A DNA stretch of 24,000 nucleotides from Bacillus massilioanorexius (GCF_902374955.1 NZ_CABKRX010000100.1:50183-74182); one strand, 5' to 3'. Counted from the stretch's first letter, positions 9,009 through 17,769 are shown. Made by a program: numbers and translations. The notes: a model not told the origin generated them from the sequence alone.

Positions 9009-9338
9009 TTAATCTTTTTCTCGAAGTGCACTTTGCACTAGACTGAGAAGGATACTTCCTATTAGTGCTCCCCAAAATGATGATACTGTGAAGCCACTGA
9101 TGAATTGAGAAGCAAGAAAGAAAATAAGCGCATTGATAATAAAAGAAAATAATCCAAACGTTAATAAGGTGATTGGTAATGAGAGTATATGCAAAATTGG
9201 TTTCACAAATATATTCAGGACACCAATAATAAAAATAGCGATTAAAGCTGTTACATAGTTATCGATGTGAATACCTGTAAGCAAATAATCAATTCCTAAT
9301 AACGCAAGACCGCTAATTAAAAATCGGATAATAAACAT
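9009..9338 (-). CDS. Phage holin family 4 / DUF360 (YvlD-like) membrane protein
   Basis: It is 109 aa with 3-4 transmembrane helices. The pattern ...NIFVKPILHILSLPITLLTFGLFSFIINALIFFLAS... resembles B. subtilis YvlD as I remember it. Confidence 0.7.
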   Translation of the reverse strand: MFIIRFLISGLALLGIDYLLTGIHIDNYVTALIAIFIIGVLNIFVKPILHILSLPITLLTFGLFSFIINALIFFLASQFISGFTVSSFWGALIGSILLSLVQSALREKD

Positions 9339-9386
9339 TTTTCTCCTCCATTTCCTGTCAGGTTACAGGATAGTTCGTTTTTTAAA

Positions 9387-9883
9387 TTATACACAATCAG
9401 CGTTGTTAAGTGAATATCTACAAACATATCCTAAAAGACATGAGTAAAGTACGTATCCATCTTGATTTCTTAAATGAAAATCCATTTTTATAGATACGTA
9501 AATAGTATCATCTAGCTTTGATGTCCATCTAGCAGCTGAAACCTCTCGGAGTAGTGATCTAGGGTCTCACCAATATAACATGTGCATTTTTTGTAAGTCT
9601 AAATCATCACTTGGAGTAGGGGTTCTATGTAATCGGCCCACGTATATTTTATGATTATTCGAGTCGTTTGTGTATTTCCATATTTATTGAGGGATTTTTT
9701 TCCTGGCGTTTGTCTAATTCCTTTTCCTATATACAATAATCCATTTTTTCCATATATTAAACGATTCCAATAAAGGGTGTCTATTCAGTAATCAGTTACT
9801 TCATTTTGTAAAGAGTTGAGATCTTCTAGTTGATATGGACCAGACCAATCAATTTGGATAAGTTCTATGTTTACAATCTTCAT
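9387..9883 (-). pseudogene. Decayed GIY-YIG-like gene with an in-frame TGA and at least one frameshift
   Basis: The minus strand reads from ATG 9883 as MKIVNIELIQIDWSGPYQLEDLNSLQNEVTDY*IDTLYWNRLIYGKNGLLYIGKGIRQT...IIIKYTWADY. The stop is at 9785-9787. Reading continues in another frame (...PSDDLDLQKMHMLYW*DPRSLLREV...) down to a TAA at 9387-9389. The 'YG..LLYIGK' core resembles GIY-YIG family N-termini. Confidence 0.4.
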
Positions 9884-10256
9884 TGGATAATCCTACTACT
9901 GTTCGTATAATTTAAATATACCAAAAGGAGTAGAGGTTTAGAAGAAAATGAATATTTTCTTTGTTTAAACCATTTGGTAGTGTTTTCCTCTTAAGAAATA
10001 GTAGTGTAAGAAGGAATTTCATAGAGATTTATAGAAATCATTACATAGTTGTAGTAAGAATGTTATATAAAATAGAGCAGTTATTTAACAGTTATAAAGG
10101 ATAAAAGTATATAATTTTATAAGATGAACAGTGTCTAGTCATATGACATGTCATTCATTGGTTTGAATGGATGAAAATCAAATCAACTATATTGTCAGCT
10201 TTCTTTGCTGTTAACGATGAGTAAAAAGGGGTATAACAAGATGTAGTTAAGAATTA

Positions 10257-10301
10257 TTGAAAAAATCACATTTACAAAGTATACTTTGAGTATACTTTGT
10301 A
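10257..10301 (+). promoter_or_regulatory. SigA-type promoter with an overlapping 29-bp palindromic operator, upstream of the TetR-sigma pair
   Basis: The promoter is TTGACA-like TTGAAA (10257-10262), a 17-nt spacer, and TATACT (10280-10285). The palindrome TACAAAGTATACT-ttg-AGTATACTTTGTA (10273-10301) covers the -10 box and the likely transcription start. Confidence 0.55.
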
Positions 10302-10320
10302 GAATTGGGGTATACATATC

Positions 10321-10947
10321 ATGAAAGATAATATTATTGCCTTACATCAGAAAAACATTGCAGAGGAGGCAAAAAATTTATTTTTAGATAGGGGTTTCAA
10401 TGCTACATCGATAAATGATATTTGTTCAAAGGCTGGTTATAGCCGAAGAACGGTTTATAAGTATTTCGAGAACAAGGAAGAGATTTTATATTATCTAATT
10501 ATAGAAGGTTTGGAACAACATCTTCTACATATTGAACAAGCCGTTAAGTCAAATACATCGTTTATTAGCCGATATGAGAAGATTTGTGAGTGTATGTTAT
10601 TTTATTATGAGCATTGCTCAATATCAGCTCAATCTGTTGAACAATTCCAGAATAGTACGAACATAAAGCTGACACCCGCAGTTGAGCGTATATTGGAATT
10701 AGGTAAAAAGATAAATGATATTCTAGCTTTATGGATAAAGGAAGGAAAAGAGGAAGGCGTGTTGGACGAATCGGTTGATATCATGCCTACGGTATATATT
10801 TTATCCTCAAATTTAAATTCTTTATTTAAGCTTGTTACAACAAAAGGATCATATTTATCTAGCTCGCTTCATATGACGAAAGAAGAGTTTTTATCATATG
10901 GGTATGAGATGAATTTAAGAAGTCTTTTAAAAGAAGCTTCTCATTAA
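10321..10947 (+). CDS. TetR/AcrR family transcriptional regulator
   Basis: The N-terminal helix-turn-helix is FNATSINDICSKAGYSRRTVYKYFENKEEIL. Confidence 0.9.
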   Translation: MKDNIIALHQKNIAEEAKNLFLDRGFNATSINDICSKAGYSRRTVYKYFENKEEILYYLIIEGLEQHLLHIEQAVKSNTSFISRYEKICECMLFYYEHCSISAQSVEQFQNSTNIKLTPAVERILELGKKINDILALWIKEGKEEGVLDESVDIMPTVYILSSNLNSLFKLVTTKGSYLSSSLHMTKEEFLSYGYEMNLRSLLKEASH

Positions 10948-11032
10948 AAATAAACTTTCTAACCATGTAGAGAGGATTTTAAAAAGAATGATTGCATAAA
11001 CATCAATAGTGGTTTGAAAGGGAGGATTATAA

Positions 11033-12145
11033 ATGGCTAATATATCTATTCAGTCTAAGGATACGAACTCAGAATTAGATTCAAAAATAAATCAAGTGCT
11101 TTTAGAATTAATTGAACTTGGCAAAAAAAATAAAGGTCTCACTTTTGAAGAAGTTAGTCAAAAGCTTGATGCTTTCGATTTGGATGCAGAAGAAATGGAT
11201 GATATCGTTCAGTATATTAGTAATCAAGGTGTTGATTTTAAGGACGATATGAATGAAGATGATGTTGATGATGAACAACTACATGTTAAAGAAGAAATAG
11301 ATTTACATGAATTAAATGTTAATACACAGGATTTAGTCCGAATGTATTATAAGGAAATTGGTCATGTAGAATTGATTTCTGGTGAAAAAGAAATTGAATT
11401 AGCTCAGCGGATCGAAGAAGGGGATTTAGAAGCTAAACAGCATTTAGTGGAAGCCAACCTTCGTCTTGTTGTTAGTATTGCGAAGCGTTATGTGGGACGC
11501 GGTATGACAATTCTTGATTTGATACAAGAAGGAAACATGGGATTAATTAAAGCTGCTGAAAAGTTCGATTATCGAAAAGGATTTAAATTTAGTACCTATG
11601 CTACTTGGTGGATCAGACAAGCGATTACTCGTTCGATAGCGGATCAAGCGAGAACGATTCGTATCCCAGTCCATATGATTGAAACAATCAATAAATTAAT
11701 TCGTGTACAGCGTCAGCTGCATCAGGATTTAGGTAGGGAGCCTTCTCCAGAGGAAATAGGAGAAGAAATGGATCTGTCACCAGAAAAAGTGCGAGAAGTC
11801 CAAAAAGTTGCACAAGAACCAGTGTCTTTAGAGACTCCAATTGGTGAAGAGGAGGATTCTAATTTAGGTGATTTTATAGAAGATCAAGATGCTACCTCTC
11901 CATCTGAACACGCAGCATACGAAATGCTAAAGGAACAATTAGAAAATGTGCTAGATACTTTAACAGATCGTGAAGAAAATGTTCTTCGTCTACGTTTTGG
12001 ATTAGATGATGGTAGAACTAGAACGCTTGAAGAAGTCGGAAAGGTATTTGGTGTTACTCGTGAACGAATTCGTCAAATCGAAGCAAAAGCCCTTAGGAAA
12101 TTAAGACATCCTAGTAGAAGTAAAACATTAAAGGATTTTATGTAA
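11033..12145 (+). CDS. rpoD: RNA polymerase sigma factor, group 1 (RpoD/SigA-type)
   Basis: It has a full sigma-70 architecture. The N-terminus is acidic. Region 2 reads [19 protein letters not shown]...[53 protein letters not shown]. Region 4.2 reads [40 protein letters not shown] ribosome-binding site precedes it. Confidence 0.95.
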   Translation: MANISIQSKDTNSELDSKINQVLLELIELGKKNKGLTFEEVSQKLDAFDLDAEEMDDIVQYISNQGVDFKDDMNEDDVDDEQLHVKEEIDLHELNVNTQDLVRMYYKEIGHVELISGEKEIELAQRIEEGDLEAKQHLVEANLRLVVSIAKRYVGRGMTILDLIQEGNMGLIKAAEKFDYRKGFKFSTYATWWIRQAITRSIADQARTIRIPVHMIETINKLIRVQRQLHQDLGREPSPEEIGEEMDLSPEKVREVQKVAQEPVSLETPIGEEEDSNLGDFIEDQDATSPSEHAAYEMLKEQLENVLDTLTDREENVLRLRFGLDDGRTRTLEEVGKVFGVTRERIRQIEAKALRKLRHPSRSKTLKDFM

Positions 12146-12218
12146 TAACTCATTAGCCATACTATAGGATTAGTTGAATTGGATATTTATTTCATATGTG
12201 ATTCAATATATGAAGCGT

Positions 12219-12262
12219 AGAGGCGTCAAAAAAGGAATTTAAAATCCTTTTTTGACGTCTCT
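12219..12262 (+). terminator. Terminator after the sigma factor gene
   Basis: An 18-bp stem AGAGGCGTCAAAAAAGGA / TCCTTTTTTGACGTCTCT with one G-T wobble is followed by TTTGT. Confidence 0.75.
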
Positions 12263-12525
12263 TTGTATAATTAGTAATAGCTGCTTTAATAATATTTTCG
12301 GTTATTTTGTAATCATCCCTTGTTTCTTGCCTAATTTTTACTTTCCTTTATACAATTACGCATTAAAAATTTATCTTCGCATATTACTCCAACTATACAC
12401 TATGTATTGTGGGATTTTTCATTTATTATTAAATATTATGGATAGTTTGAACGGATTTCTTATAACGTTGAAATAGGATTAAAAGCAATCAGATCTTAAA
12501 ACACTATAAAGGGTGAGGATGCCAA

Positions 12526-13134
12526 TTGTATATACCAAAGCATTTTAAAGTTGAAGATAAAGAATTCATATATGATGTGATAAAAGAGAATAGCTTTGCA
12601 ACATTATTTACACAACATAATGGTGAACCTTATGCTACTCATCTTCCGTTGTTATTGGATGAGGATTATCATGTACTATACGGACATTTTGCACGCGCTA
12701 ATGAACAATGGAAGGATGCTTGTAGGCAAAATATTTTAGCTGTTTTTCATTGCCCTCATTGTTATATTTCACCTTCTTGGTATGAAACAATGCAAGCTGT
12801 ACCAACTTGGAACTATGTATCTGTTCATGTATACGGAAAAATGGAGATTATTGAAGATCAAGAAATGATCTTTCAATCATTTCAGAATATGATAGAAAAA
12901 TATGAAAGCCCGGATAGCTTTTATGATATGAATGATTTAGACGAGAGATTTATGCATGGGATGATGAAAGGTATTGTGGGTTTTAAAATTAATATTACAA
13001 AAATAGAAGCAAAGGCGAAATTAAGTCAAAATCATTCAAAAAAACGCCAACAATTGGTAACTCGAAAGCTAGAAAAGACATCAGACCAAGATAACCAAAA
13101 AATTGCAGAGCTAATGAGAAAAAACGTACCTTAA
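12526..13134 (+). CDS. PaiB-like FMN-binding negative transcriptional regulator family protein
   Basis: It uses a TTG start after the ribosome-binding site GGGTGAGGA. The N-terminus MYIPKHFKVEDKEFIYDVIKENSFATL...ATHLPLLL and the C-terminal KLSQN motif are typical of the PaiB family. Confidence 0.8.
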   Translation: MYIPKHFKVEDKEFIYDVIKENSFATLFTQHNGEPYATHLPLLLDEDYHVLYGHFARANEQWKDACRQNILAVFHCPHCYISPSWYETMQAVPTWNYVSVHVYGKMEIIEDQEMIFQSFQNMIEKYESPDSFYDMNDLDERFMHGMMKGIVGFKINITKIEAKAKLSQNHSKKRQQLVTRKLEKTSDQDNQKIAELMRKNVP

Positions 13135-13234
13135 TATAAGACTATAAGAAAGAACCCCCTGTAAAATAGGACATGGTCATAAAGGTGCTGTACTTCAATA
13201 GCAATTATTGTGAGAATAGTACCTTTAGTAACAG

Positions 13235-13266
13235 AAAAAGGCTTGGATACAGCCAAGCCAATTTTG
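13235..13266. terminator. Bidirectional terminator between convergent paiB-like and SMR genes
   Basis: The stem GGCTTGG (13240-13246) / CCAAGCC (13253-13259) is preceded by AAAAA and followed by AATTTTG. Confidence 0.65.
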
Positions 13267-13294
13267 TGTTATTCACCCTAAGAAAAAATATCGA

Positions 13295-13642
13295 TTAGTT
13301 TGCGACGTTTTTAACGGCATCTGAAGTGGTTGAAGCGTTTAACAATGCGACACCACCGATAATGAATAGTAAGCCACTTAATGTTGCAAAGCTAAAGGGT
13401 TCATTCCATATAAGTACACCAATTAATGCGGTTAATGCTGTTCCTATTCCTGCCCAAATGGCATAGGCTAGGCTCAACGGAACAGTTTTTAGACATAGTG
13501 ATAAACAAAAAAATGCGATGAAAAAGCCAGCTACTACTCCCAAAGAGGGTAATAGATAGGTAAAACCTTCTGATAATTTAAGCATTGTTGTGCCGAATAC
13601 TTCACTTATAATAGAAATGGCTAAATACATATAACCTTTCAT
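13295..13642 (-). CDS. SMR family multidrug efflux subunit, second of a pair
   Basis: MKGYMYLAISIISEVFGTTMLKLS... has four transmembrane helices and the conserved membrane Glu. I chose the start at 13642 because GGAGG lies 8 nt upstream. The longer 147-aa ORF would overlap the preceding gene by 70 nt. Confidence 0.85.
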   Translation of the reverse strand: MKGYMYLAISIISEVFGTTMLKLSEGFTYLLPSLGVVAGFFIAFFCLSLCLKTVPLSLAYAIWAGIGTALTALIGVLIWNEPFSFATLSGLLFIIGGVALLNASTTSDAVKNVAN

Positions 13643-13668
13643 GATTATGACCTCCGATTCTCTTCCGG

Positions 13669-13998
13669 TTAATGAGCTCCACCAGTTGATAACTTTAATA
13701 CCACAACTCCACCAATGATTAGGGCTAAACCTAAACATTTTTTGAAATTGATTACTTCTTTATAAACGATAACACCGACTAAGGCGGTCAAGGCTGTCCC
13801 AATTCCAGACCATATAGCATAAGCTGTCCCGAGCGGAATTGTTTTCAATGCTTGTGATAAGCAATAAAAAGCGATGCTCATTCCAAGTATTACGCCAATT
13901 GATGGAAAGAGTCTTTTAAATCCGTTGGATAGCTTTAACATAGAGCTTCCGAATACTTCACTTACGATGGCAATTGCCAAAATTACATATGGATTCAT
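13669..13998 (-). CDS. SMR family multidrug efflux subunit, first of a pair
   Basis: MNPYVILAIAIVSEVFGSSMLKLS...AYAIWSGIGTALTALVG is a canonical small multidrug resistance fold of 109 aa. Confidence 0.9.
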   Translation of the reverse strand: MNPYVILAIAIVSEVFGSSMLKLSNGFKRLFPSIGVILGMSIAFYCLSQALKTIPLGTAYAIWSGIGTALTALVGVIVYKEVINFKKCLGLALIIGGVVVLKLSTGGAH

Positions 13999-14010
13999 GA
14001 TGAATGCCTC

Positions 14011-14550
14011 CTATTTCGTCATATGTATTAATCTTTGGATTACTTTTATCCGCATTTGTTCATCTAGAGGAGCAATATTAAATAACTCTGAATAATAGAG
14101 GCCATCAATGGCTAAGCGTATAATAGTTGCAGTTATAGGATCAATCAGGTCTTGTTCCACTTTAGTTTGTATATTTTGATAGCTTGTAGACATATTGCTG
14201 ATTAATTCTGGTTGTAGCATGGAAGCAGCTATAATTCCTACATTTAATTCAGCATTTTTTTCTAAATCCTCATTAGTAGTTTCTATTAAAGCACGACACC
14301 ATTTTCCTTGTTCAACGGGGTCATTTTGAGCTTTATCATTAAATGAATGTGCAAATTCTTCAAAGATATAGTTTGTTAATCCAACGAGTAATGCTTCTTT
14401 ATTGGGGAAGTGATATAATAGCCCACCTTTACTAATTCCAGCTTTTTTTGCAACCGCATCGAGAGTTAGATCATTAAAAGAGTTTTGCAGTACGAATTCT
14501 TTAGCTGATTGTAAGATTAGATTTCTTTTCATCATTGCCTTTGATTCCAT
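14011..14550 (-). CDS. TetR/AcrR family transcriptional regulator
   Basis: The helix-turn-helix is FNDLTLDAVAKKAGISKGGLLYHFPNKEALL. Its stop is 12 nt before the SMR gene, so it heads that operon. Confidence 0.9.
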   Translation of the reverse strand: MESKAMMKRNLILQSAKEFVLQNSFNDLTLDAVAKKAGISKGGLLYHFPNKEALLVGLTNYIFEEFAHSFNDKAQNDPVEQGKWCRALIETTNEDLEKNAELNVGIIAASMLQPELISNMSTSYQNIQTKVEQDLIDPITATIIRLAIDGLYYSELFNIAPLDEQMRIKVIQRLIHMTK

Positions 14551-14570
14551 ATTATCTCAATTCCTTTAAA

Positions 14571-14627
14571 ACCGTCTAGACGGTCTTTTTTTGAAGTGAT
14601 AATACCGTCTAGACGGCTTTTTGTCAA
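14571..14627 (-). promoter_or_regulatory. Consensus SigA promoter with two copies of the CCGTCTAGACGG operator
   Basis: The minus strand reads TTGACA (14627-14622), then 17 nt containing CCGTCTAGACGG (14616-14605), then TATTAT (14604-14599). A second identical 12-bp palindrome lies at 14572-14583, 33 bp away, between the -10 box and the ribosome-binding site. Confidence 0.7.
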
Positions 14628-14938
14628 GAGGTCCAGCTTCTTTTATTGTGATTGTTTGAAACTGAGGAAATTACTGACGAATCCTTACTTTTAGAAAGAG
14701 TCAAAAATTAACATTACAGAACTTAATCTATCAAAGTTTCAATTATATAATTATAAAAATGAACACTCCGTAAAAATTACATAAAGACTTCAATTAATGG
14801 ACTATAAGGCATGTACTCGATTATAAACGAGAATCATGCCTTTAAGCTTTGACATATACATGATAAATAAAGGTATTTTCGAATAAGTATCTAATTAATA
14901 TTTTTAAACTAAATGGTATTTAAAGGAAGAGGTGTGAA

Positions 14939-15337
14939 ATGAAAATAAAGGTAGTATTGATGTCATTAATGTTAGTAACTGTTCTTTCAGCGTGTTTTAA
15001 TGATAAAATTGTTACCCAATTATTGTTAGAAGGGAAAAATGAGTATTGGAAGGTAGTGGCTCAAATAGATAATCCACAATCACTTGAACCAAGTGTAAAT
15101 TATGATATCGAATTTATTGGAAAGGAAAAAGATAAACCTATAACATTTACTTATAATATTGAAAATGGTCCAATATTTTCTGATGACGGAGAGGGTGACC
15201 TTGAACATCAAAATGATTCTATTTCTCAAACGTGCTCAAATTGCGGAGAAATATCCACTAGATTAAAAATTCCGGTTTCTATTAATTGGGATAATAAAGA
15301 GGAAGAAATAACTTTAGTAGTGGTTAATAAGAAATAA
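14939..15337 (+). CDS. Hypothetical small lipoprotein
   Basis: MKIKVVLMSLMLVTVLSAC carries the lipobox LSAC. The ribosome-binding site AGGAAGAGGTG lies upstream. Confidence 0.65.
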   Translation: MKIKVVLMSLMLVTVLSACFNDKIVTQLLLEGKNEYWKVVAQIDNPQSLEPSVNYDIEFIGKEKDKPITFTYNIENGPIFSDDGEGDLEHQNDSISQTCSNCGEISTRLKIPVSINWDNKEEEITLVVVNKK

Positions 15338-15398
15338 TTAATCTAAATAAATACAAGCGGTGAATAGTTTTGAAATTCCCACATGTGTGAATGCCATG

Positions 15399-15542
15399 TT
15401 ACTCTCCCTCCGTATGCTTCTGCAAATAGATCTTTGGCGTTTCAATTTTCTCATGACCGAGTGAGTGACTAATTTTATTTATGTCAGCTGAACTCATGTA
15501 ACAAGTAATGGCAAATGTATGTCTAAAAACATGAGTGATGAT
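15399..15542 (-). pseudogene. Tyrosine recombinase (phage integrase family) C-terminal remnant
   Basis: The minus-strand frame reads ITHVFRHTFAITCYMSSADINKISHSLGHEKIETPKIYLQKHTEGE*. This contains the H-x-x-R box (HVFRHTF), the LGH motif and a Tyr (KIY). The frame is closed by a stop immediately upstream at 15543-15545, so only about 47 codons remain. Confidence 0.6.
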
Positions 15543-15658
15543 TTATCATACAAAAAGGATTATCAAGTAATGAAGAGAATAGAATGTTTAGTAAACTTTT
15601 ATATCAGGAAAACCTAATTATAGTTTGCTAATTGATCTATGCGGAGGCCAAGATACAC

Positions 15659-16123
15659 GTGAATTACATTAAAGAAATGAGAGAGCTAATAGGAGAAAAA
15701 ACCATTATTACAGTTGGCTGTGGCATCATTATAGAAAACAATGAAAAAATACTTTTGCAACGGAGAGTCGATGAAGATAATTGGTGTATTCCAGGAGGTG
15801 TTATGGAGATTGGAGAAACCTTCGAGCAAACGGCAAAGAGAGAAACGAAGGAGGAAACAGGATTAGTGGTAGAGGATTTGGAACTGTTTGGAATATATTC
15901 AGGTGAGAAATGCTTTGTAGAATATCCTAATAAAGATAAAGTATTTAGTGTCCAAATCATTTTTAAAGCAAGTAAATTTGTAGGGGAACTGATACAACAA
16001 GGTATAGAAAGTAAAGAACATCTATTTTTTAATAGACACGAATTGCCAGTGAATTTAAATCCACGCCAAGAATCTTTTATAAAAGATTGGGCAAATGGAA
16101 AGCAAATACCTGTAGTCAGCTAA
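15659..16123 (+). CDS. NUDIX hydrolase
   Basis: The Nudix box is GVMEIGETFEQTAKRETKEETGL. I prefer the GTG start at 15659, which gives VNYIKEMRELIG.... GGAGG lies at 15643-15647. The TTG at 15632 and the ATG at 15677 are alternatives. Confidence 0.85.
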   Translation: MNYIKEMRELIGEKTIITVGCGIIIENNEKILLQRRVDEDNWCIPGGVMEIGETFEQTAKRETKEETGLVVEDLELFGIYSGEKCFVEYPNKDKVFSVQIIFKASKFVGELIQQGIESKEHLFFNRHELPVNLNPRQESFIKDWANGKQIPVVS

Positions 16124-16180
16124 TCCAATTCTTTCTTGAATTTGGATTGAAAAATAACCACATAAAGGTTATATAAATCT

Positions 16181-16804
16181 TCATGTGGTTAATATTGTTT
16201 TTAAATATTTTTTCTTGACCTCTTTTCTCATTTGATGGTATAGCTCTATTTTGTCTCCGAAATATTCTATACTTTCAATGTCTTTATATTTAGTAGCTGT
16301 TTTTAGTTTCTTTACAGAATTACTTGAATCTAGGTTATACTTTCCTTGATACATTCCAACAATAACGTATGTTTTATCTTCATCAAGTGGTCTAAGAAAT
16401 AATAAGTAATGATCTTTGTCGTTCATCACATTATATCCTTCTAGACTATAGAATGTTTTATTAAAAAAATAACTCGGTTCATACACTGAAATAAAAGAAC
16501 GACGATTCGCTTTCCCTTTATAAATTTTTTTTATCTGAACGAGTGATTTAGAAGCTCTAACGCCATTCTGATCAATTGTGTTTCTTTTTCCTGTGAATTG
16601 AACCTTAACTATTAGTGTGGAGTATTTTTCTAATTGATTAAGATTTTTCATAATGATGTAATCTGTTTGTCCGAGAGAATTTACAATCTTATAATTAGAC
16701 GTTTCTTTTCTTTTGGGATTCATTTTTGAGCTTGGCTTTTCCATTAATATAAATACGAATAATATCATCAGAGATAGAAGCGAGGCTAGAACTTTTTTTG
16801 TCAT
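16181..16804 (-). CDS. Hypothetical membrane-anchored or secreted protein
   Basis: MTKKVLASLLSLMILFVFILM is an N-terminal transmembrane or signal segment. The ribosome-binding site AGGTGA lies 5 nt before the ATG at 16804. I recognise no family. Confidence 0.55.
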   Translation of the reverse strand: MTKKVLASLLSLMILFVFILMEKPSSKMNPKRKETSNYKIVNSLGQTDYIIMKNLNQLEKYSTLIVKVQFTGKRNTIDQNGVRASKSLVQIKKIYKGKANRRSFISVYEPSYFFNKTFYSLEGYNVMNDKDHYLLFLRPLDEDKTYVIVGMYQGKYNLDSSNSVKKLKTATKYKDIESIEYFGDKIELYHQMRKEVKKKYLKTILTT

Positions 16805-16887
16805 TTCTCTCACCTAAAATTTCCAATTTTCTTCATTATAAGTAGTATAGGAAGAGTTGTATAGAAGGAGAAATTTATATAGGCAGA

Positions 16888-17344
16888 TTATATTTGTTTT
16901 GTCATGAATATACTGTTAGGGTCCTCTGAATAATTTGAAAATGGTTTACAATGCGTAAAACCAAAACTTTCATAAAGTTTTCTAGCTGGTTCAAAGGCTT
17001 CCATGGAACCTGTTTCCAGACTAATTCTAGTATAGCCACGAAGAAAGGCTTCATTAAGAATGTGTTCAAGGATTCGTTTAGCTACACCTTTTCTTAAATG
17101 CATTGATGATGTCCGCATAGATTTAATTTCACCATGAACAGAATTCAATTCTTTTAAAGCTCCACAACCGACTAGCTCGTTATGCTCCCATGCACTCCAA
17201 AATGTGATGTCTGAGTTCGACAATTTTTCAATATTTAAAGCGTGTATGCTCTCTTTTGGAGAATGCATCGCCATCCCATGAAGATGTTCATTCACTAATT
17301 GAAGAACTTTAGGGTTTGTTTAAATGATCCACAACGATTCTCAA
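16888..17344 (-). pseudogene. GNAT family N-acetyltransferase interrupted by a 1-nt frameshift near its 5' end
   Basis: The main ORF carries the GNAT core (VGCGALKEL...EIKSMRTSSMHLRKGVAKRIL...LETG). Upstream, a ribosome-binding site (AAAGGGGA) precedes a TTG at 17344. That frame encodes MRIVVDHLNKP and stops at 17311-17309. Removing one base joins it to ...KVLQLVNEHLHGMAMHSPKESIHAL, giving a typical protein of about 151 aa. Confidence 0.7.
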
Positions 17345-17718
17345 ACTATCATCCCCTTTTTCTTTTTTCTTATTAGATTATTAAAATATTTACATTTTCT
17401 CATTTTAGTAAAACTATATGTATGTGATCTTCCTATTTCCCGTAAATATTTAGATAGTATGGGCTAAGCCCTCATTGTAGAATCCTAGTTTTAGTCTCTT
17501 GTATAATAATCATCATTTTTGATAGGCTCTTATCTTTCTATTAGAGATTTATTTCTTAGATAATATTCTACAACTTATTCTGAATGTTTCTCATTCAAAA
17601 TTTTTAATTATAGGTGTTTGGTTTCGTACAGAAGCTCCATAATACCTCTCCAATTAAAGATTTTATTATTATATTATATATTTTATAGGATGTAGTTGCT
17701 CAGTTTTTCGATAATATA

Positions 17719-17747
17719 TTGACATTGTTTTCTTTATCAAGTAATAT
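17719..17747 (+). promoter_or_regulatory. SigA-type promoter of the argS leader
   Basis: TTGACA (17719-17724), a 17-nt spacer, then TAATAT (17742-17747). Confidence 0.6.
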
Positions 17748-17769
17748 GGCTAAAAATAAATACAGTAAA

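Noticed and set aside
10138-10153. Overlapping 10-bp palindromes GTCATATGAC and TGACATGTCA in the large gap.
   Set aside because: They are short, isolated and not near a promoter or gene start. They could easily arise by chance in AT-rich DNA.
8945-12262. The terminators at 8945-8989 and 12219-12262 share the arm AGAGGCG(C)TCAAAAAGG. I considered them as copies of a dispersed repeat.
   Set aside because: The similarity is limited to the stem arms, and the loops and flanks differ. GC-clamp plus A/T-run hairpins of this style recur among Bacillus terminators. Convergent terminator design is the simpler explanation.
12252-12476. A 74-aa ORF in the gap between the sigma-factor terminator and the paiB-like gene.
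   Set aside because: It starts inside the terminator stem with a non-ATG codon and no ribosome-binding site. It is a Phe/Leu/Ile/Tyr-rich translation of AT-rich DNA.
13643-13738. A 32-codon N-terminal extension of the second SMR gene (the 147-aa track ORF).
   Set aside because: It would overlap the preceding SMR gene by 70 nt in another frame. The internal ATG at 13642 has a GGAGG site at ideal spacing and gives a normal-length SMR protein.
14806-14842. An orphan hairpin (AAGGCATG...CATGCCTT) in the intergenic region, considered as a possible small-RNA terminator.
   Set aside because: Neither strand has a proper U-tract after it. Only a weak TATAAT-like box lies upstream and there is no clear -35 element. 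The evidence for an sRNA is insufficient.
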